The notes under the pieces were generated by a model. That model was not told the DNA's origin and ran no database searches. It saw nothing but the letters and a program-made list of their open reading frames with translations. A program made the translations under genes and the position numbers. 64,000 nucleotides of DNA. It comes from Anthoceros angustus. Taxonomy: Eukaryota > Plantae > Anthocerotophyta. Of the stretch, positions 1 to 13,300 are shown one piece after another. Location: assembly GCA_010909165.1 (NCBI GenBank), contig VJWM01000249.1:124001-188000 (forward strand), in the 5' to 3' direction. Numbering within the stretch: position 1 is the stretch's first letter; every line of letters begins with the position of its first letter.

Positions 1-1915
1 TGGCGCCTTCATCATCCTCAATCGCGCACCTTGATTGTACTTCCATGCCATTGTCATACAGCCTTCTCGTTTGCTATCAGCTCATCTCTTAAAGACACGC
101 TCAATGAAGTTCATCTTCTTAGTTTGTCCAGGCATAGTATTGCGATTAGTGGCAAGGACTCGCATTTACGGTATAGTAAGCCCAATAGACATGCGCTTCA
201 ACATATTGGAACCTCTTCTTCCACAGTGATATATCATAGATGTTTCATGGTCGCATAAGTGTGGTTCCCACCAAGAACCCCCATAACATATTTTTTCGCC
301 CGCCATCTCTTCCAGTCCAACTTGCTGAGGTCATTGCACTCACTTGGATCAATCATACATAATAGTGGCAATACACCCTCCTCTATCCTCCCCTTCGAAA
401 TAACTCTGGCCAAATAATTGGCCCATGCCTCGTCAACCCTGCGAATCTGCGCATCCGGCGTAATATGCGAAGCTGGTCGTAAGTTCTCCAATTTCACTAG
501 CACTGTCTCCATGACAACCTTCTTTGCGTAAGCTGAATCCCTCAGGCGAGTGAGGGGGTCTGCATCCATCATCGCGTCTGCCAGGCGTTCTTCATCTGTC
601 AAAATATGCACATTGGGAATGGCACCAACCACTTCCTCTTGTCTTGCCCTCTTTGATTTCTTTTCTTCCTCCTCTCCGTGCTTCCACTGGGTTTCTTCGC
701 ACCTCAGAATCCAACACCGCAGGGCGCTTGCCTGCCAGGATCGGGTGGTCATCCTCTCCTATGGCGGGCGCCCGGCCGGCCGCCTTCTTCCTCCTCTCTT
801 CTCCGTCCATACCACAGGTCGGCCCCGCACCCACTTCCTCCTCTGCCTCCAACGTCGGCACCTCTTCCGGTCCGGTGGAAGGGCTCTTGTGGATGGAGGT
901 ATGTCGAGGCGCCGGCCGGTGCCCGATCTCTCCACAGGCGGATAAACGGTTGGGATCCGGAGTGGCCAAGTCCAGAGCACCTGCATCTTCGCACTGCTGG
1001 TGCGCCGGCCGGCCGGCGCCCCTGATCCTCCTCAGCATTCACTATATCAGTGTGCACACTCAATGATGGCCCATGCCGAGCCAAGCTGGGTAAAATTGCA
1101 GCATCCCGATCTTCGTCTTGTCCCCCAGACACTTCTTCATCAGAATGTCCAAGCACGTCTGGAATCGTGCCCTCTTCCTCATCTGATGGGCCAAGTTCGC
1201 TCTCTGGAATCTGTTGCTCCGGACTACCTGCTTCTTCCACCATTCTTTGATGTCTTTGCTCACCCTTCTCATCGATGCCTCTCCTATTATCAAGCATCAC
1301 CTCGCTTATCTTCCCACAGATAGCCCTTATAAGGGCCATTCCTACCAACGGTGGCTGGGAGAAAAAAACAAACGAGATGAATTTCAGTCATCAAAGTCTG
1401 AAGGTTTTGAAGTCACACTCTCGTTTTAGGAAACTTACTGTGTGCTGGCGCATGCATTCGCGGAACTCTTCCACTATTGCTCGAGGTGCACATTTCTTGG
1501 CGTTGAATCCTTGGAGGCTGAGAACATAAGACCTGTACACCTCGGGGTCCTGGATGACGGCATCAAACTCGTATGGCCTGGTGGTGCACAATAGCATAAA
1601 CTCCGTCTCCCCCTCGTTGATGTCCATGGTTGCCCAGATTACCCAACCAGCCCTTGCTCTTTGATTTGGCAAAGCCCGGTATTATCCGTAGTTTTAGCAA
1701 GGGGACCATGTGCTTCATCCTCCGCGGATCACGGCGAGCATCCAATGCTTTTGCACAATGGCAATAGGGTCAATCTGGCCACCCAGTCTGCGGATGTGCG
1801 CGCCTGGGGATTCAGCTATCACGGAGCTCGAGGTTGGGGGAGGCGAGCGCGGGCATTCCTCGTGTGCATCAATCGTGGTCATGAGGGAGGTTCGTTCGAC
1901 TTTAATGTGAGCCAA
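1..1915 (-). pseudogene. Frameshifted ORF series with a ParB/Sulfiredoxin-like domain near 50-500; continues off-window
   Basis: ORF 234-752 reads LENLRP..AQIRRVDEAWANYLARVISKG..VLPLLC..VLGGNHTYATMKHL. It continues in other frames as KRFQYVEAHVYW and MRVLATNRN..KMNFIERV. Upstream acidic and low-complexity ORFs (749-1348, 1391-1745) are on the same strand. Confidence 0.55.
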
Positions 1916-2643
1916 TTATGCTTCCTTCCAATTTCGTGATGTCGTGATCCAGGTTCATTCTTGAAGATGGCGGCGGGCGAGCAAGAAGGACTGGCAGGTA
2001 GTAGCCGATCCTCCGATCCCGGCCGCGAGAAAGGTGGCAAGACATCCGCTAAATCCCATGCGGTTCCACTCGCCATGAGAAAGGTCGTGGAAGGAAGTTT
2101 GGGAGAGCACTCATCGGAGGTGTGGGGGGCCATATAGCCTCTGCTGGGCAAGCAAAATCGGGGAGCATGTCTTCGGGGAAAACAAGTAGAACGAAGGCTG
2201 CTGGCGGGGAAGGAGATGGCAAGGAAGGAGGCAAAGCTTCAAAGCATCCAGTGCCTGCACCAATTCCGTCGCCATTCAGCTATGAGGAGATGGAATTGTG
2301 GTCGGACACCTCCTCCAATTCGGCCAACAACACCACAATCGACGCTCCTCGTTACTTCCCCTCAGAAGTACTGCGAGCAGCTCCACCGTGACGGAAAGTG
2401 GCAAGAGAAAACAAAGAGTAATTAGGGTTTCCTTGCCAACAGGTATTTATAGCCCAAAAACATGCCTGAATTAACTTATGCCAACATATTTCCATATACC
2501 CAGATATAAACTACGGCTGAACCATAATCATATTGACTTTCGTGACGGCTGGCCGAGGCACATTCATTGTCGACCATAAAAACGGAGGACGGCGCGATAT
2601 GCCGTTAGATATCTGTATCAGGAACTCCATCATGTTGTCGTTA

Positions 2644-3140
2644 CTACAGAGGAAAATAATATCCTTCCCATCTATGCGCTACGCCTATCAATAGAGACAA
2701 TGTCCATTTGCACTCATCTTGCTTCGCCATTCTCCTCGTCACTGGAGGTCTCTTCCAAAAGACCTGTCGGTCTTCCATTTTCGCGGCGAGTGTGGTTTCA
2801 ATCGACGTTCTTCTGCAAGTTGTGTGCATAGCATGTTGCGTCTCACCCACACCCCAGCTAGCGAAGAGGTTGGAGTTCGTCCCTTTGGGAAGGATTACTT
2901 GGTTTTCACCCCCAATCTTATTTTTGGATTTTGAGTTCAGTTAGTGCATCCGGTTTTAGGATGAATAGTGGGAAGAAGGTTTGTCTTCACAATGTCAGCG
3001 TGTTTCACGTAAAGTTGGAGAAGTGAGGAGACTTGTTGTACAAGCCACCACATCACCTGAACCTGTGCATCCACGTCGAGTGCGTCTTGCCATTCCCGAA
3101 AGACGTCTTGATGATGAAGGTTGAAGTTGATTTTTTTCAT
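2644..3140 (-). pseudogene. Frameshifted ORF of unknown function inside the TIR element
   Basis: ORFs 2937-3194 (MKKINFNLHHQDVFREWQ...) and 2644-2850 can be joined through one frameshift. No recognisable domain. Confidence 0.3.
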
Positions 3141-3930
3141 ATTGGAACTGTGGACGCTTGTGCTGAAACTGTACACGGACGTGGCCGAACCCATTTTTGC
3201 ACTTGAAAAAAATCCGCACTATAATCAGCCTTTTTGGTATTTCTCTGCAGACATGTTACCCGCAACCTTTTGAATAATTGTTTGATACACGTTATTTGAG
3301 ATTGTAGATTGCAAGCACGTGACAAAAACCTAAAGTCTCATTCTTGTTCGGCTTTTTCTATCAAACTGGACACAGAATTCGTGCGCAAACTTATGCGCTC
3401 ACTTACATCTAAACAGTCTACAAACGTGTAGAGTTTTTAGGGCTTGCTGTAATTCTGGTGCGCAAACTTGTTTGTGCACCAACCTTTCATTCATACCCAT
3501 CAGTCCTAAGACTATACTCTCGCTCTGGGAGTTTTACAGAACTTTGTTTCTTAGACATTGAGACAAAAATATCTTCGTTGACATGATGCTCTTGATCCGC
3601 GTGCAGCGCGAGAATGAGAATGGCATGGTCTGCACTTGGAGCTGGGCCCACGCCAAATGTCTCAAGATTCAAAAGATGCAAAAGATTCTCATACTAGTTC
3701 AAAGTTTTAACCACTAGAAAAAAGATGAGGGCTAAGTAAAGATAAGTTTGGATACGTTTGGCTTTGGCGAAGCCCAAGGTGGAGACCCGACGGATCTTCC
3801 TCTTGCTAGTACATATCCACATTAGGGAGATGCACAAAAAAGGTTGAAAAAGACGAAAGGAACCTTTTAAAACAACAAAAATATCAAAAAATACCAAAAA
3901 ATTCAAAAAATATCAAAATTTAAAGGGAAG

Positions 3931-4330
3931 GTGCGCGCACTTGTCTCAAAAAATAGGACTTTTTGAGATTTTTTGGGATTTTTTAGACTTTTTGCTCTTT
4001 TTTTCTTTGGATGAACCGTCTGGGAATGCACTAGGAGGCATGAACCATATGGGTTCATGCTCTTAGGCCCTTCTTGACCTTGGATGCGTGCACTTGTGCG
4101 CGCACCTGGGCCTTCTTGCCCCCTGGTGCATGCACTTGTGCGCGCACCTAGGCCCCCTTGCCCCCGGGTCCGCGCACAAGTGTGCGCGCACCTAGGCCCC
4201 TGGTGCATGCACTTGTGCGCGCACCTAGGCCCCTGGTGCATGCACTTGTGCGCGCACCTAGGCCCCTGCCCCTGCGTGCACTTGTGCGCACACCTGGGCC
4301 CCCTTGCCCCCTGGTGCACACACTTGTTCA
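3931..4330. repeat. Subterminal array of the palindrome GTGCGCGCAC in ~33-bp units
   Basis: Perfect copies at 3931, 4096, 4138, 4182, 4215 and 4248 (the last three 33 bp apart). Unit is approximately tggtgcatgcacttgtgcgcgcacctaggcccc. A degenerate counterpart lies at ~50775-50950. Confidence 0.9.
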
Positions 4331-6784
4331 CCCAGCTGGGCCTCCCTAGCATGTTTGATGATAACCCCGTACTAGGTCGCCGTCGAAAGAGACGGAAACA
4401 CCGTAAAGGATAACAAGAGGATAGGGTGTCCTTCGTCGCATTAGGGCATAGGAGAGATATATGAGAGCAGTCTAAGTGAACCTCCGCCGATGTCTACTAC
4501 TTGTTATTTTGTCGAGAGTTCCGGCACATCCTCATACCTCCAAAAGGACATGTTTCCCCATTAGAAGATCATTTTTCGCGCTCTTTTGCGTGTACAAGTT
4601 TGCGCATAGTGTTGTTTAGACGCGCACTTATGTGCGCCTAGGCCCCCCTGGTATACAAAAACATACAAAACCATACAAAATGCAGAAACTATGGACATGA
4701 CGAAATTATGGAACAATGAAGCCACTGGCCCTTCATCACACCGACTAAATCGCCATGAACCTGAGTACAAGGTGCCAGCGTGGTGTAAATGACTCGACAT
4801 GAAGTGGTGCCAGAGCCGAGAATGCCCGAAACCAATCGATGAACACCTACAAAAACCAATAAAAACCAAACCAACTTCATTTTCCAGCGAAATAGGGTTG
4901 GGATTTTTTCCAAAACCCCTTTTGACAGGAGAAACCCCTTTCTACACAGACGCTGTTGAAACCCCCTTCGTGAATATTCACCCCCTTCACAAGATATCGT
5001 GTTGAAAGCAGCGATGGCCATGGGACCAACCAAAGCAGCAGCTCCGATGTGGAGAGCATGGACGAGGGAACAGGATGTGAAGATCTACCTGACATGCACT
5101 CCTTGGACGACTTGCTGGAAGCAACTGATCATGCCGTGGGCATAGACGGAACCAAGAAGAGAACCGCTGCTTGTCGTGCTGCTGACGAGACGCCTTTATA
5201 CCACTTTCAAGAGGAAGTGAAAGCGAAAGAGAGCAGGCTACCGAAGCCGGTACCGAAGTCGCCTAGTTGACATGGAGAGAAGGTTGGGGCTCAACAAAAT
5301 TGAAGAACAGAGGCTGAGGCAAGAAAGTAGGGAGCGAATGAAGGAAGTGGCTACCTTCAACCAGAAGATTGAGGAGACTGTCCAATGTGGGAAGGAGTGG
5401 TAAGAAGAATTTCCTCTTCAGCCGAGAAGGAACAAATGGGGTGGTGAAGACCGCCCAAAGCGAGGCCGAGGCCGCCAAGCCAAGAATGAAGAACTAGAGG
5501 CCAAGCTCAAGGAGCTGGAGGAAGGACAGCATGGAGCAAGGAGCGTGAGGAGCAAGCAAGCAACGGAGGTCGACCAACGTGGAAGGAAGAGGTAGCTCAC
5601 CGAGGAAAATGATGCATCGCATGTCGGGTCGTCAGAAGCAACGCCTGTGCCGACTATGCATGGCGAAGGGATACTGGAGGCATGGAAGAGAGATGCAGCC
5701 AAAAATGTCACTTTACAGCCTGCTTGAGTGAGGTGACGCTGAGAGGGATGCTTATGGTAAGATAGCCTCATGAGAGTGGCCCGAGGAATTTGATGAGATT
5801 TGTTTGAAGGGCCGTGAGATGCAGTCCACTTACATGCTAGGGTCAACAAGTTTGCCAAGGAGATGCGCTTGTTGACAAGGAAGTTGTTGGGTCCCCACGA
5901 TGACGATGGGAGATTTTGAAGAATTGCACCCTCGGGGAGATCTGTGACTTGAGAGTGAAATGGATGCGTAAGGCCTGGGTGGGAGGAGCCAATGGAAGAG
6001 GAAGAGATTTCAGCAGCCGGTAGGTTGGTGGGGTGTCTCCAGACAAAGTGCCGACCAAGACCCAACCGCCTTGAGGTAATTGCGTGGCAGACAATGGCTA
6101 CAGAGGCCAGGTTTCTACAAGAGCGCCTGCAAGAGGGGCGCGCCCAGCCATCAACACAAGATCGCCGAGACAGTGTGGAGGTTCCCGCGACGACGAGTGA
6201 AGAGATCCTGACGGGACCCCAAAGAAAGAGGAGGAAGACGGTGGTTGGGCGCCCGCCATGCCAACGCCCAAGAAGAAGTAGGCGATAGTTGGTAGGGGAG
6301 TGAATGGTCATTAAGACCCCTAGGGGTTAGTGGGATTGTTAGGAGGTAGGTTAAGAACCTTTAAGAGGCCACCTACTTAAAAACCAGAAGCAACCCCACC
6401 TACCCCACCGCACTTAATTAATGCTAGGGGTTTGGGGAGCTCCTATAAGAGGGGAGGAGCTCCATAATAAAATGTCATGCCTTGCTCCCGACCAGTGTGC
6501 TTACGCAAGCGTACACCGCAGTGAGGATGCATGGTGTCCGGTAGGGTCTTGAGGTGCGGTGACGTGGTGAGGGCGGGCCCAAACCTTTCTTGGAGGTAGC
6601 AGGGTAGCGCTCGGTGAGGAGGCATGCGTGATGGTGCGGCTGATCGGTGAAGGAAGACCCCTAGCAAAATCCAAAGACGCGGACGCCGCATGCAAATGTC
6701 TGCCTAGGTCCGTGAGGGCAATGCCCGCCGATCTAGGCTGGAGGCTGTGAGGGCGCCTGTAATAGTTAGCTAGGAAGAGTGGAA

Positions 6785-6995
6785 GAGGTAGATTAGAGAA
6801 GAGAAGAGAAGAGAAGAGAGGAGAGGAGAAAAGAGAGAGAAAAGAGAAAGAGAGAGAGAGAGAGAGAGAGGACGAGAGAGGAGCTAGAGAGGATAGAGCA
6901 AGAGAGGAGAAGGAGGAGCAAGAGAGAAAAGAGAAAAGACAAAAGAGAAGAGAGGAGGAAGAAAAGTGTGAGAGCAACCTAGAAAAGAGAGGGAA
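6785..6995 (+). repeat. GA/GAA-rich low-complexity tract with (GA)n core
   Basis: Near-pure purine tract, with gagagagag... at ~6845-6870. Confidence 0.9.
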
Positions 6996-7469
6996 GGTGA
7001 AATTTCAAGGGCCGTGGATAAGAGCTTGAGGGGCGGCCCCAAATTTGTCACGAGAAGGGTCTTAGGGAGTGTAGGAACTGCTGGTGGGAGGATTGCCCAC
7101 GCATTTGATTTGGGGGTCCCCATGGTCCACGCAGACAGGTGCCTGACGAGAGGTCCGCTGGCCGAGTCATCGCGCGTAGGGTAGTGTGACTTACCTAGGT
7201 GGGTCACCGGTGGCGCCGTAGGAGGGGCGCGAAGCCGGGCGCCTGCACGGAGGTCGAGAGCCGAGAGGTCGCCGTGAGGGGCACCTCCATCCGGGCGAGG
7301 AAGGGCTCCCCCACTCCTTCTTGAGAACGAAACCCACCGTATTTAACCGACAATGGGATAAGTGTGGCGCTAGGCCGAGGGTTCCGGGTCCCGAACCTCC
7401 TACCACGGGACGAGGAAGAGTGGAAGATGCTCTTGCCTCGGGGCTCGGATGGAGTCAAGAGGAACTGGT

Positions 7470-9853
7470 TTGAGCCATCAAGTATGAAATTGCAAAAGAG
7501 AGGCTAGCAAAAATGGGGGCTGCCAAACCCTTGGGGAAAGGGAGGGCGTGCTGGATGGGTGGTTCGGTTTGAGAATAAGCATGGTAGGTACCCAACTCAA
7601 GAGGAGACTGCATAATATAGGAGGTTGAAGAGTACGATCTCCATGCAACCTCTGTGCTGCTCATAGGGGTGGTTCTGCGCTTGAGTTCCTACAGGCAGAT
7701 AAGACATGAATAAATGAAAACACCCTGAGGTTCATGCTATTCCTAGGAGAACAAGGGAAATGACTATTTTGTTGAGCGACATAGAATTGGAGATGGATCC
7801 CGATCCGTGGCATTCGAGACGGCGAAGGATGCAAGATGGGAGGCAACAACAAGACGTGGTGGTGGTGTGGATGTGGAGGGGATAACTAGGAGGATGTAGG
7901 GAGAGACATTGTAGTGGGAGAGACGAGGTGAGGCCTATGCAGTGAATCGGAGGAGGCGGGCAGTGAACCATGAAGGTGGGATGGTGCAGAAGGAGGAACC
8001 AAGTGCATGAAGGAAGGCTATTACGAGCAATGATATCGTGGTGCCGACGACACCATGATCACCCCAAGTTGATGGAACGTGCATGCCTGGTGATGGTGTG
8101 AATGAAGAGAGGGTGAGGAGGCCTGTAGTGGGAGGGCAGCGGCCATGTAACGGACATGGATTTGGGGGGTGTCCATCACCATCGAGTTGCGGCCATGGCC
8201 GTAGAAAGGGGAGTGACTTGGGTTTAGCTGCAGTGACTAGGTCGGTGCACGAAAGGAGGGCTATGTCAAGAGGGCAGCAGGCTGATAATAGGCGTGTGTT
8301 TGGAGAGTTCCCATCACGGGTAGTGACGCGAGCACATTGTGGACGGAAGTTTGAGCCATCAATGAAATTGCAAAAGAGAGGCTAGCAAAAAATGGGGGGC
8401 TGCCAAACCCTTGGGGAAAGGGAGGGCGTGCTGGATGGGTGGTTCGGTTTGAGAATAAGCATGGTAGGTACCCAACTGAAGAGGAGGCAGAATATAGGAG
8501 GTTGAAGAGTACGATCTCCATGCAACCTCTGTGTGCGGTTCGCGATAGGGGTGGTTCTGTGCCGGAGTTCCTACAGCAGATAAGACATGGAATAAATGAA
8601 AACACCCCAGAGGTTCATGCTATTCCTAGGAGAACAAGGGAAATGACTATTTTGTTGAGCGACATAGAATTGGAGATGGATCCTGATCTGGTGGCATTTC
8701 CGAGACGAAGGATGCAAGACAGGGGAGGCACTGCCGCTGCACGTGGTGGTGGTGTGGATGTGGAGGGGATAACTAGGAGGACAGAGGGAGTATATTGTAG
8801 TGGGAGAGACGAGGTGAGGCACAACACAGTGAATCGGAGGGGAGGGGCGGGCTTGGTGAACCATGAAGGTGGGATGGTGCAGAAGGAGGAACCAAGTGCA
8901 TGAAGGAAGGCTATTACGAGCAATGATATCGTGGTGCCGACGACACCATGATCACCCCAAGTTGATGGAACGTGCATGCCTGGTGATGGTGTGAATGAAG
9001 AGAGGGTGAGGAGGCACAGAGTGGAGGGGCGCGCCATGTAACGGACATGGATTTGGGGGTGTCCATCACCATCGAGCTGCGCCATGTAGAAAGGGAGTGA
9101 CTTGGGTTTAGCGGTGACTAGGCGGTGCACGAAAGGAGGGCTATGTCAAGAGGGGCGCAGTCGATAATAGGCGCAGTGTTTGGAGAGTTCCCATCACCGG
9201 TAGTGACGCGTAATCGCATTGTGGACGGTTGAGGTCGAGGCGATGCGATGTGAACGGCATGAGGATGTATTTGGAGGCGGAAGTGATATCGTGAGTGGAG
9301 AGGCAAGTGTGTCGTCACCAGTAAGTAACAAGCATGTGTCTAGCGTGGCTGCGAACACAAGGTGGGATGGTGTATGGAGGAACCAAGTGCATGAAGGAAG
9401 GCTATTACGAGCAATGATATCGTGGTGCCGACGACACCATGATCACCCCAAGTTGATGGAACGTGCATGCCCGGTGATGGTGTGAATGAAGAGAGGTGAG
9501 GAGGCCTGGGAGGAGGGCAGCGCCATGTAACTGGACATGGATTTGGGGGTGTCCATCACTATCGAAAGTGCTATGGCCATGGTAGGGAGTGACTTGGGTT
9601 TAGCCGCAGACTAGGTCAGGTGCACGAAAGGAGGGCTATGTCAAGAGGGCAGATGATAATAGGCGTGTTTGAGAGTTCCCATCACAGTGACGGGCGTAAT
9701 CGCACATTGTGGACGGTTGAGGTCGAGGCGTGAATGGGCGTGAACGGCATGAGGATGTATTTGAGGCGGAAGTGATATCAGAGTACAGGAGGCAAGTGTG
9801 TCGTCACCAGTAACAAGCATGTGTCTAGCGTGGCTGCGAATACACGGGTGGGA
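7470..9853 (+). repeat. Two overlapping tandem duplications (~880 bp and ~490 bp)
   Basis: 7470-8349 is repeated at 8350-9230 (tgagccatca...gaaattgcaaaagagaggctagc). 8868-9360 is repeated at 9361-9853 (ggtgggatggtg...). Confidence 0.9.
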
Positions 9854-10321
9854 GTAAGAGGGGCGGGTGGCGGAGGGAGAAGAAGAGTGGGGGCGTAACC
9901 CATGGTTGTGGCAGGGCAAAAGGCACGTAGCGGCCATGAGGGAATTGTCCAGGGGGAGTGAGAAAGAGGCTGGAGGCAAAGGGGGGACACGTGATGGTAA
10001 CAACGCCGAAGGCAACATTGGCGTAGAGGAGGAGGCAAAGGATGAAATTGAGGATGTGCCTAACTTCGTGCCGGACACATACTTGGCACACTCCACAACG
10101 GGGCCCCATTGGAGGCTACACTGAAGAAATAGATGTGTTGAATATGAATGGGGTTCAGGGTTTATTCTTATCCATAAGTAATAGTAAGTAACTTGGGGTA
10201 ATACTTAGGGTTGATTAGTCAATAGTCACACCCATTCGTTAGGGTTATGACCTTAGGGAATAGGCATAGCTTTCGCTTTTGCTTAAGTTGCCTTTTCATG
10301 TTTTATCAATTAAGTCTTTTC

Positions 10322-13300
10322 TTGATTGCTGAAAGTATGTAATTATATATTTAATATGTTTAATTGATCTATATAGTCCTATAAATCAGTATGGTATCAT
10401 AGCATACTATATAGGTTGCATCCATAAGGATGCACATAAAATGTGCATTACAAGATTTGCACAATGATATATTATTTATTGTTTCTTAATTAGAAAATGC
10501 TTCAAATCAAGAAAACAAAAGAAATCAAGAAAATAAATTTTCTGCTATTTTCTTTAAAAACATCTATATTAGATCTGCAGAATCGGGAAGAGATCCTAGT
10601 GCACTCCATTTGGATTCTTTGTTTCTAAGCAATTCCAATGGGAATACACTATGACAACCGATCGGCAATATAACATATTACAAGAGAAATTAAGAATGCA
10701 AGTGTTTTGCATTCTGAAAGCAAAAATTCAAGCCAAATGAAATAGCTGAATTGGAAGGCCAAAGGTGGCAACCTGCTAATTCCTAATGCAATAGGCTAAG
10801 AGATCCTAACAGCTCACGCGATAACACATGGCGTAGAATATCAATGGAGCATTAGGAATCAATTTACCTATGCAAGTTGTCGATTTGAAAGATGCATTCA
10901 ATACAATCATTGAATGCTTATATTCGAGAGGAGCGAATTGACATTCACTCAACCCCAAGGGATCCACAAAACCTACATGAAGTTCGAGTAACACGTGTCT
11001 TTGACGGGAACGGACAACCTCGGGGCTTCCTCACAACCCACGTTGCTGCATCAACAGGCGTAAACGCAATTGTTGAGCGACCGGAGGCACACAACAGAAG
11101 AGTAGACATGAGATTCAACCACATTACATACTGTACTGCTGGCATAAACGTTGATATATAAGACATAAAGGAGCAAATAGCACTTTTGGATTTCAAACTG
11201 GTTACCTTGATCAAACCGGAGTTGCTGCAAAATCCAGTCTTCAGAGGGATTTCGCGCAAGCACGTCCGGAGTGTGCTCCGGACCACACTCCGGAGTGTGC
11301 TCCGGACCACACTCCGCCCATTCATGCCCATCTTGCTCAACTTATGCTCTAGAATCAGATTCATGTCCAGCGGATCAAACCACTTTCCAAACGTTTCATA
11401 TCCGCCTTTTGCCCAACCTCGCCGAGCTAATTCCTAATGCAATAGGCTAAGAGATCCTAACAGCTCACGCTGGCGATAACCCGCATGGCGTAGAATATCA
11501 ATGGAGCATTAGGAACCGAATTTACCTATGCAAGTTCTTGATTTGAAAGATGCATTCAATACAATCATTGAATGCTTATATTCGAGGAGCGAATTGACAT
11601 TCACTCAACCCCAAGGGATCCACAAAACCTACATGAAGTTCGAGTAACACGTGTCTTTGACGGAACGGACAACCTGGGCTTCCTCACAACCCACGTTGTC
11701 TGCATCAACAAAGGTGAACGCAATTGTTGAGCGGCCAGGCTGTAAGAGTAGACATGAGATTCAACCACATTACATAATTGTCACCGGCATAAACGTTGAT
11801 ATATAAGACATAAAGGAGCAAATAGCACTTTTGGATTTCAAACCGTTACCTTGATCAAACCGGAGGCTGCAAAATCCGCCTCGAGGGATTTCAGCACACG
11901 TCCGAGTGCTCCGGACCACACTCGAGTGTGCTCCGACCACACCCGCCATTCATGCCCATCTTGCTCAACTTATGCTCTAGAATCGATTCATGTCCAGTGG
12001 ATCAAACCACTTTCCAAACGCGTTTCATTATCCGCCTTTTGCCCAACCTCGCCGAGCTAATTCCTAATGCAATAGGCTAAGAGATCCTAACAGCTCACGC
12101 TGGCGATAACCCGCATGGCGTAGAATATCAATGGAGCATTAGGAACCGAATTTACCTATGCAAGTTCTTGATTTGAAAGATGCATTCAATACAATCATTG
12201 AATGCTTATATTCGAGGAGCGAATTGACATTCACTCAACCCCCAAGGGATCCACAAAACCTACATGAAGTTCGAGTAACACGTGTCTTTGACGGAACGGA
12301 CAACCTGGGCTTCCTCACAACCCACGTTGCTGCATCAACAGGCGTAAACGCAATTGTTGAGCGACCGGAGGCACACAACAGAAGAGTAGACATGAGATTC
12401 AACCACATTACATAATTGTCACCGGCATAAACGTTGATATATAAGACATAAAGGAGCAAAATAGCACTTTTGGATTTCAAACCGTTACCTTGATCAAACC
12501 GGAGGCTGCAAAATCCGCCTCGAGGGATTTCGCAAGCACGTCCGAGTGCTCCGGACCACACTCGAGTGTGCTCCGACCACACCGCCTATTCATGCCCATC
12601 TTGCTCAACTTATGCTCTAGAATCGATTCATGTCCAGTGGATCAAACCACTTTCCAAACGTTTCATGTCTGCCTTTTGCCCAACCCTCGCATAACAACAG
12701 ATGTGGCACACTGGGCGAGATCGATCTCATCCCAAGCTCATATCCGCAAATTCCTCTCCGTAGAGGGTTAGAGGCCTGAACATACTCCCTTGAGTAAGTG
12801 TATGAAATACACCTATGAATAGGTGTGTTTCATACACCTCTTCGTAGGTGTACGTAACAAAATGTTCCAAGGGCACCCCTAAAACGAACTTGCCCCAGGC
12901 TCGTCGATTGTCGGTAGTCATCCAACTGACGCGCCATCTAGCCGGATGACTCGTCGGTTGCCGGTAGTCAGCCAAAATCCAAGCTTGGTTGGTCGAATAG
13001 ATGAGAGTGTATTTTTGAGCCCTAAATCTCAGTTCATTGCATACTATAAGTATTAGAGTTGACTCAACCTATTTAGTTGAGATAGCAAAATAGTAGACAA
13101 TCGGTTGGCAGGGTGTGTTGATAATAAATCAAGTGGGTCTTGATTGCTGAAAGTATGTAATTATATATTTAATATGTTTAATTGATCTATATAGTCCTAT
13201 AAATCAGTATGGTATCATAGCATACTATATAGGTTGCATCCATAAGGATGCACATAAAATTGTGCATTACAAGATTTGCACAATGATATATTATTTATTG

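Larger units (their letters stand above)
1..4957. mobile_element. Long copy (one end only) of a TIR DNA transposon family; the other end lies left of the window
   Basis: Ends at 4926-4957 in caggagaaacccctttctacacagacgctgtt, one mismatch to the 32-bp TIR of the 50173-51832 element. About 3172-4957 is the diverged reverse complement of about 50173-51790. Continuation of the element to position 1 is inferred. Confidence 0.75.
4958..10124 (+). mobile_element. Decayed repeat/TE-like region with broken purine-rich ORFs; family unassigned
   Basis: Fragmentary Glu/Lys/Arg-rich + strand ORFs (5049-5270, 5992-6288, 8439-8903, 9867-10124), many stops, no introns, internal duplications. Confidence 0.4.

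Noticed and set aside
3903-4413. Cys/His-rich repetitive ORFs (GPRCAHKC repeats) suggesting a metal-binding protein
   Set aside because: These are translations of the 33-bp DNA repeat, open in several frames on both strands.
10200-10260. ttaggg motifs suggesting interstitial telomere repeats
   Set aside because: Only isolated single copies, with no tandem array.
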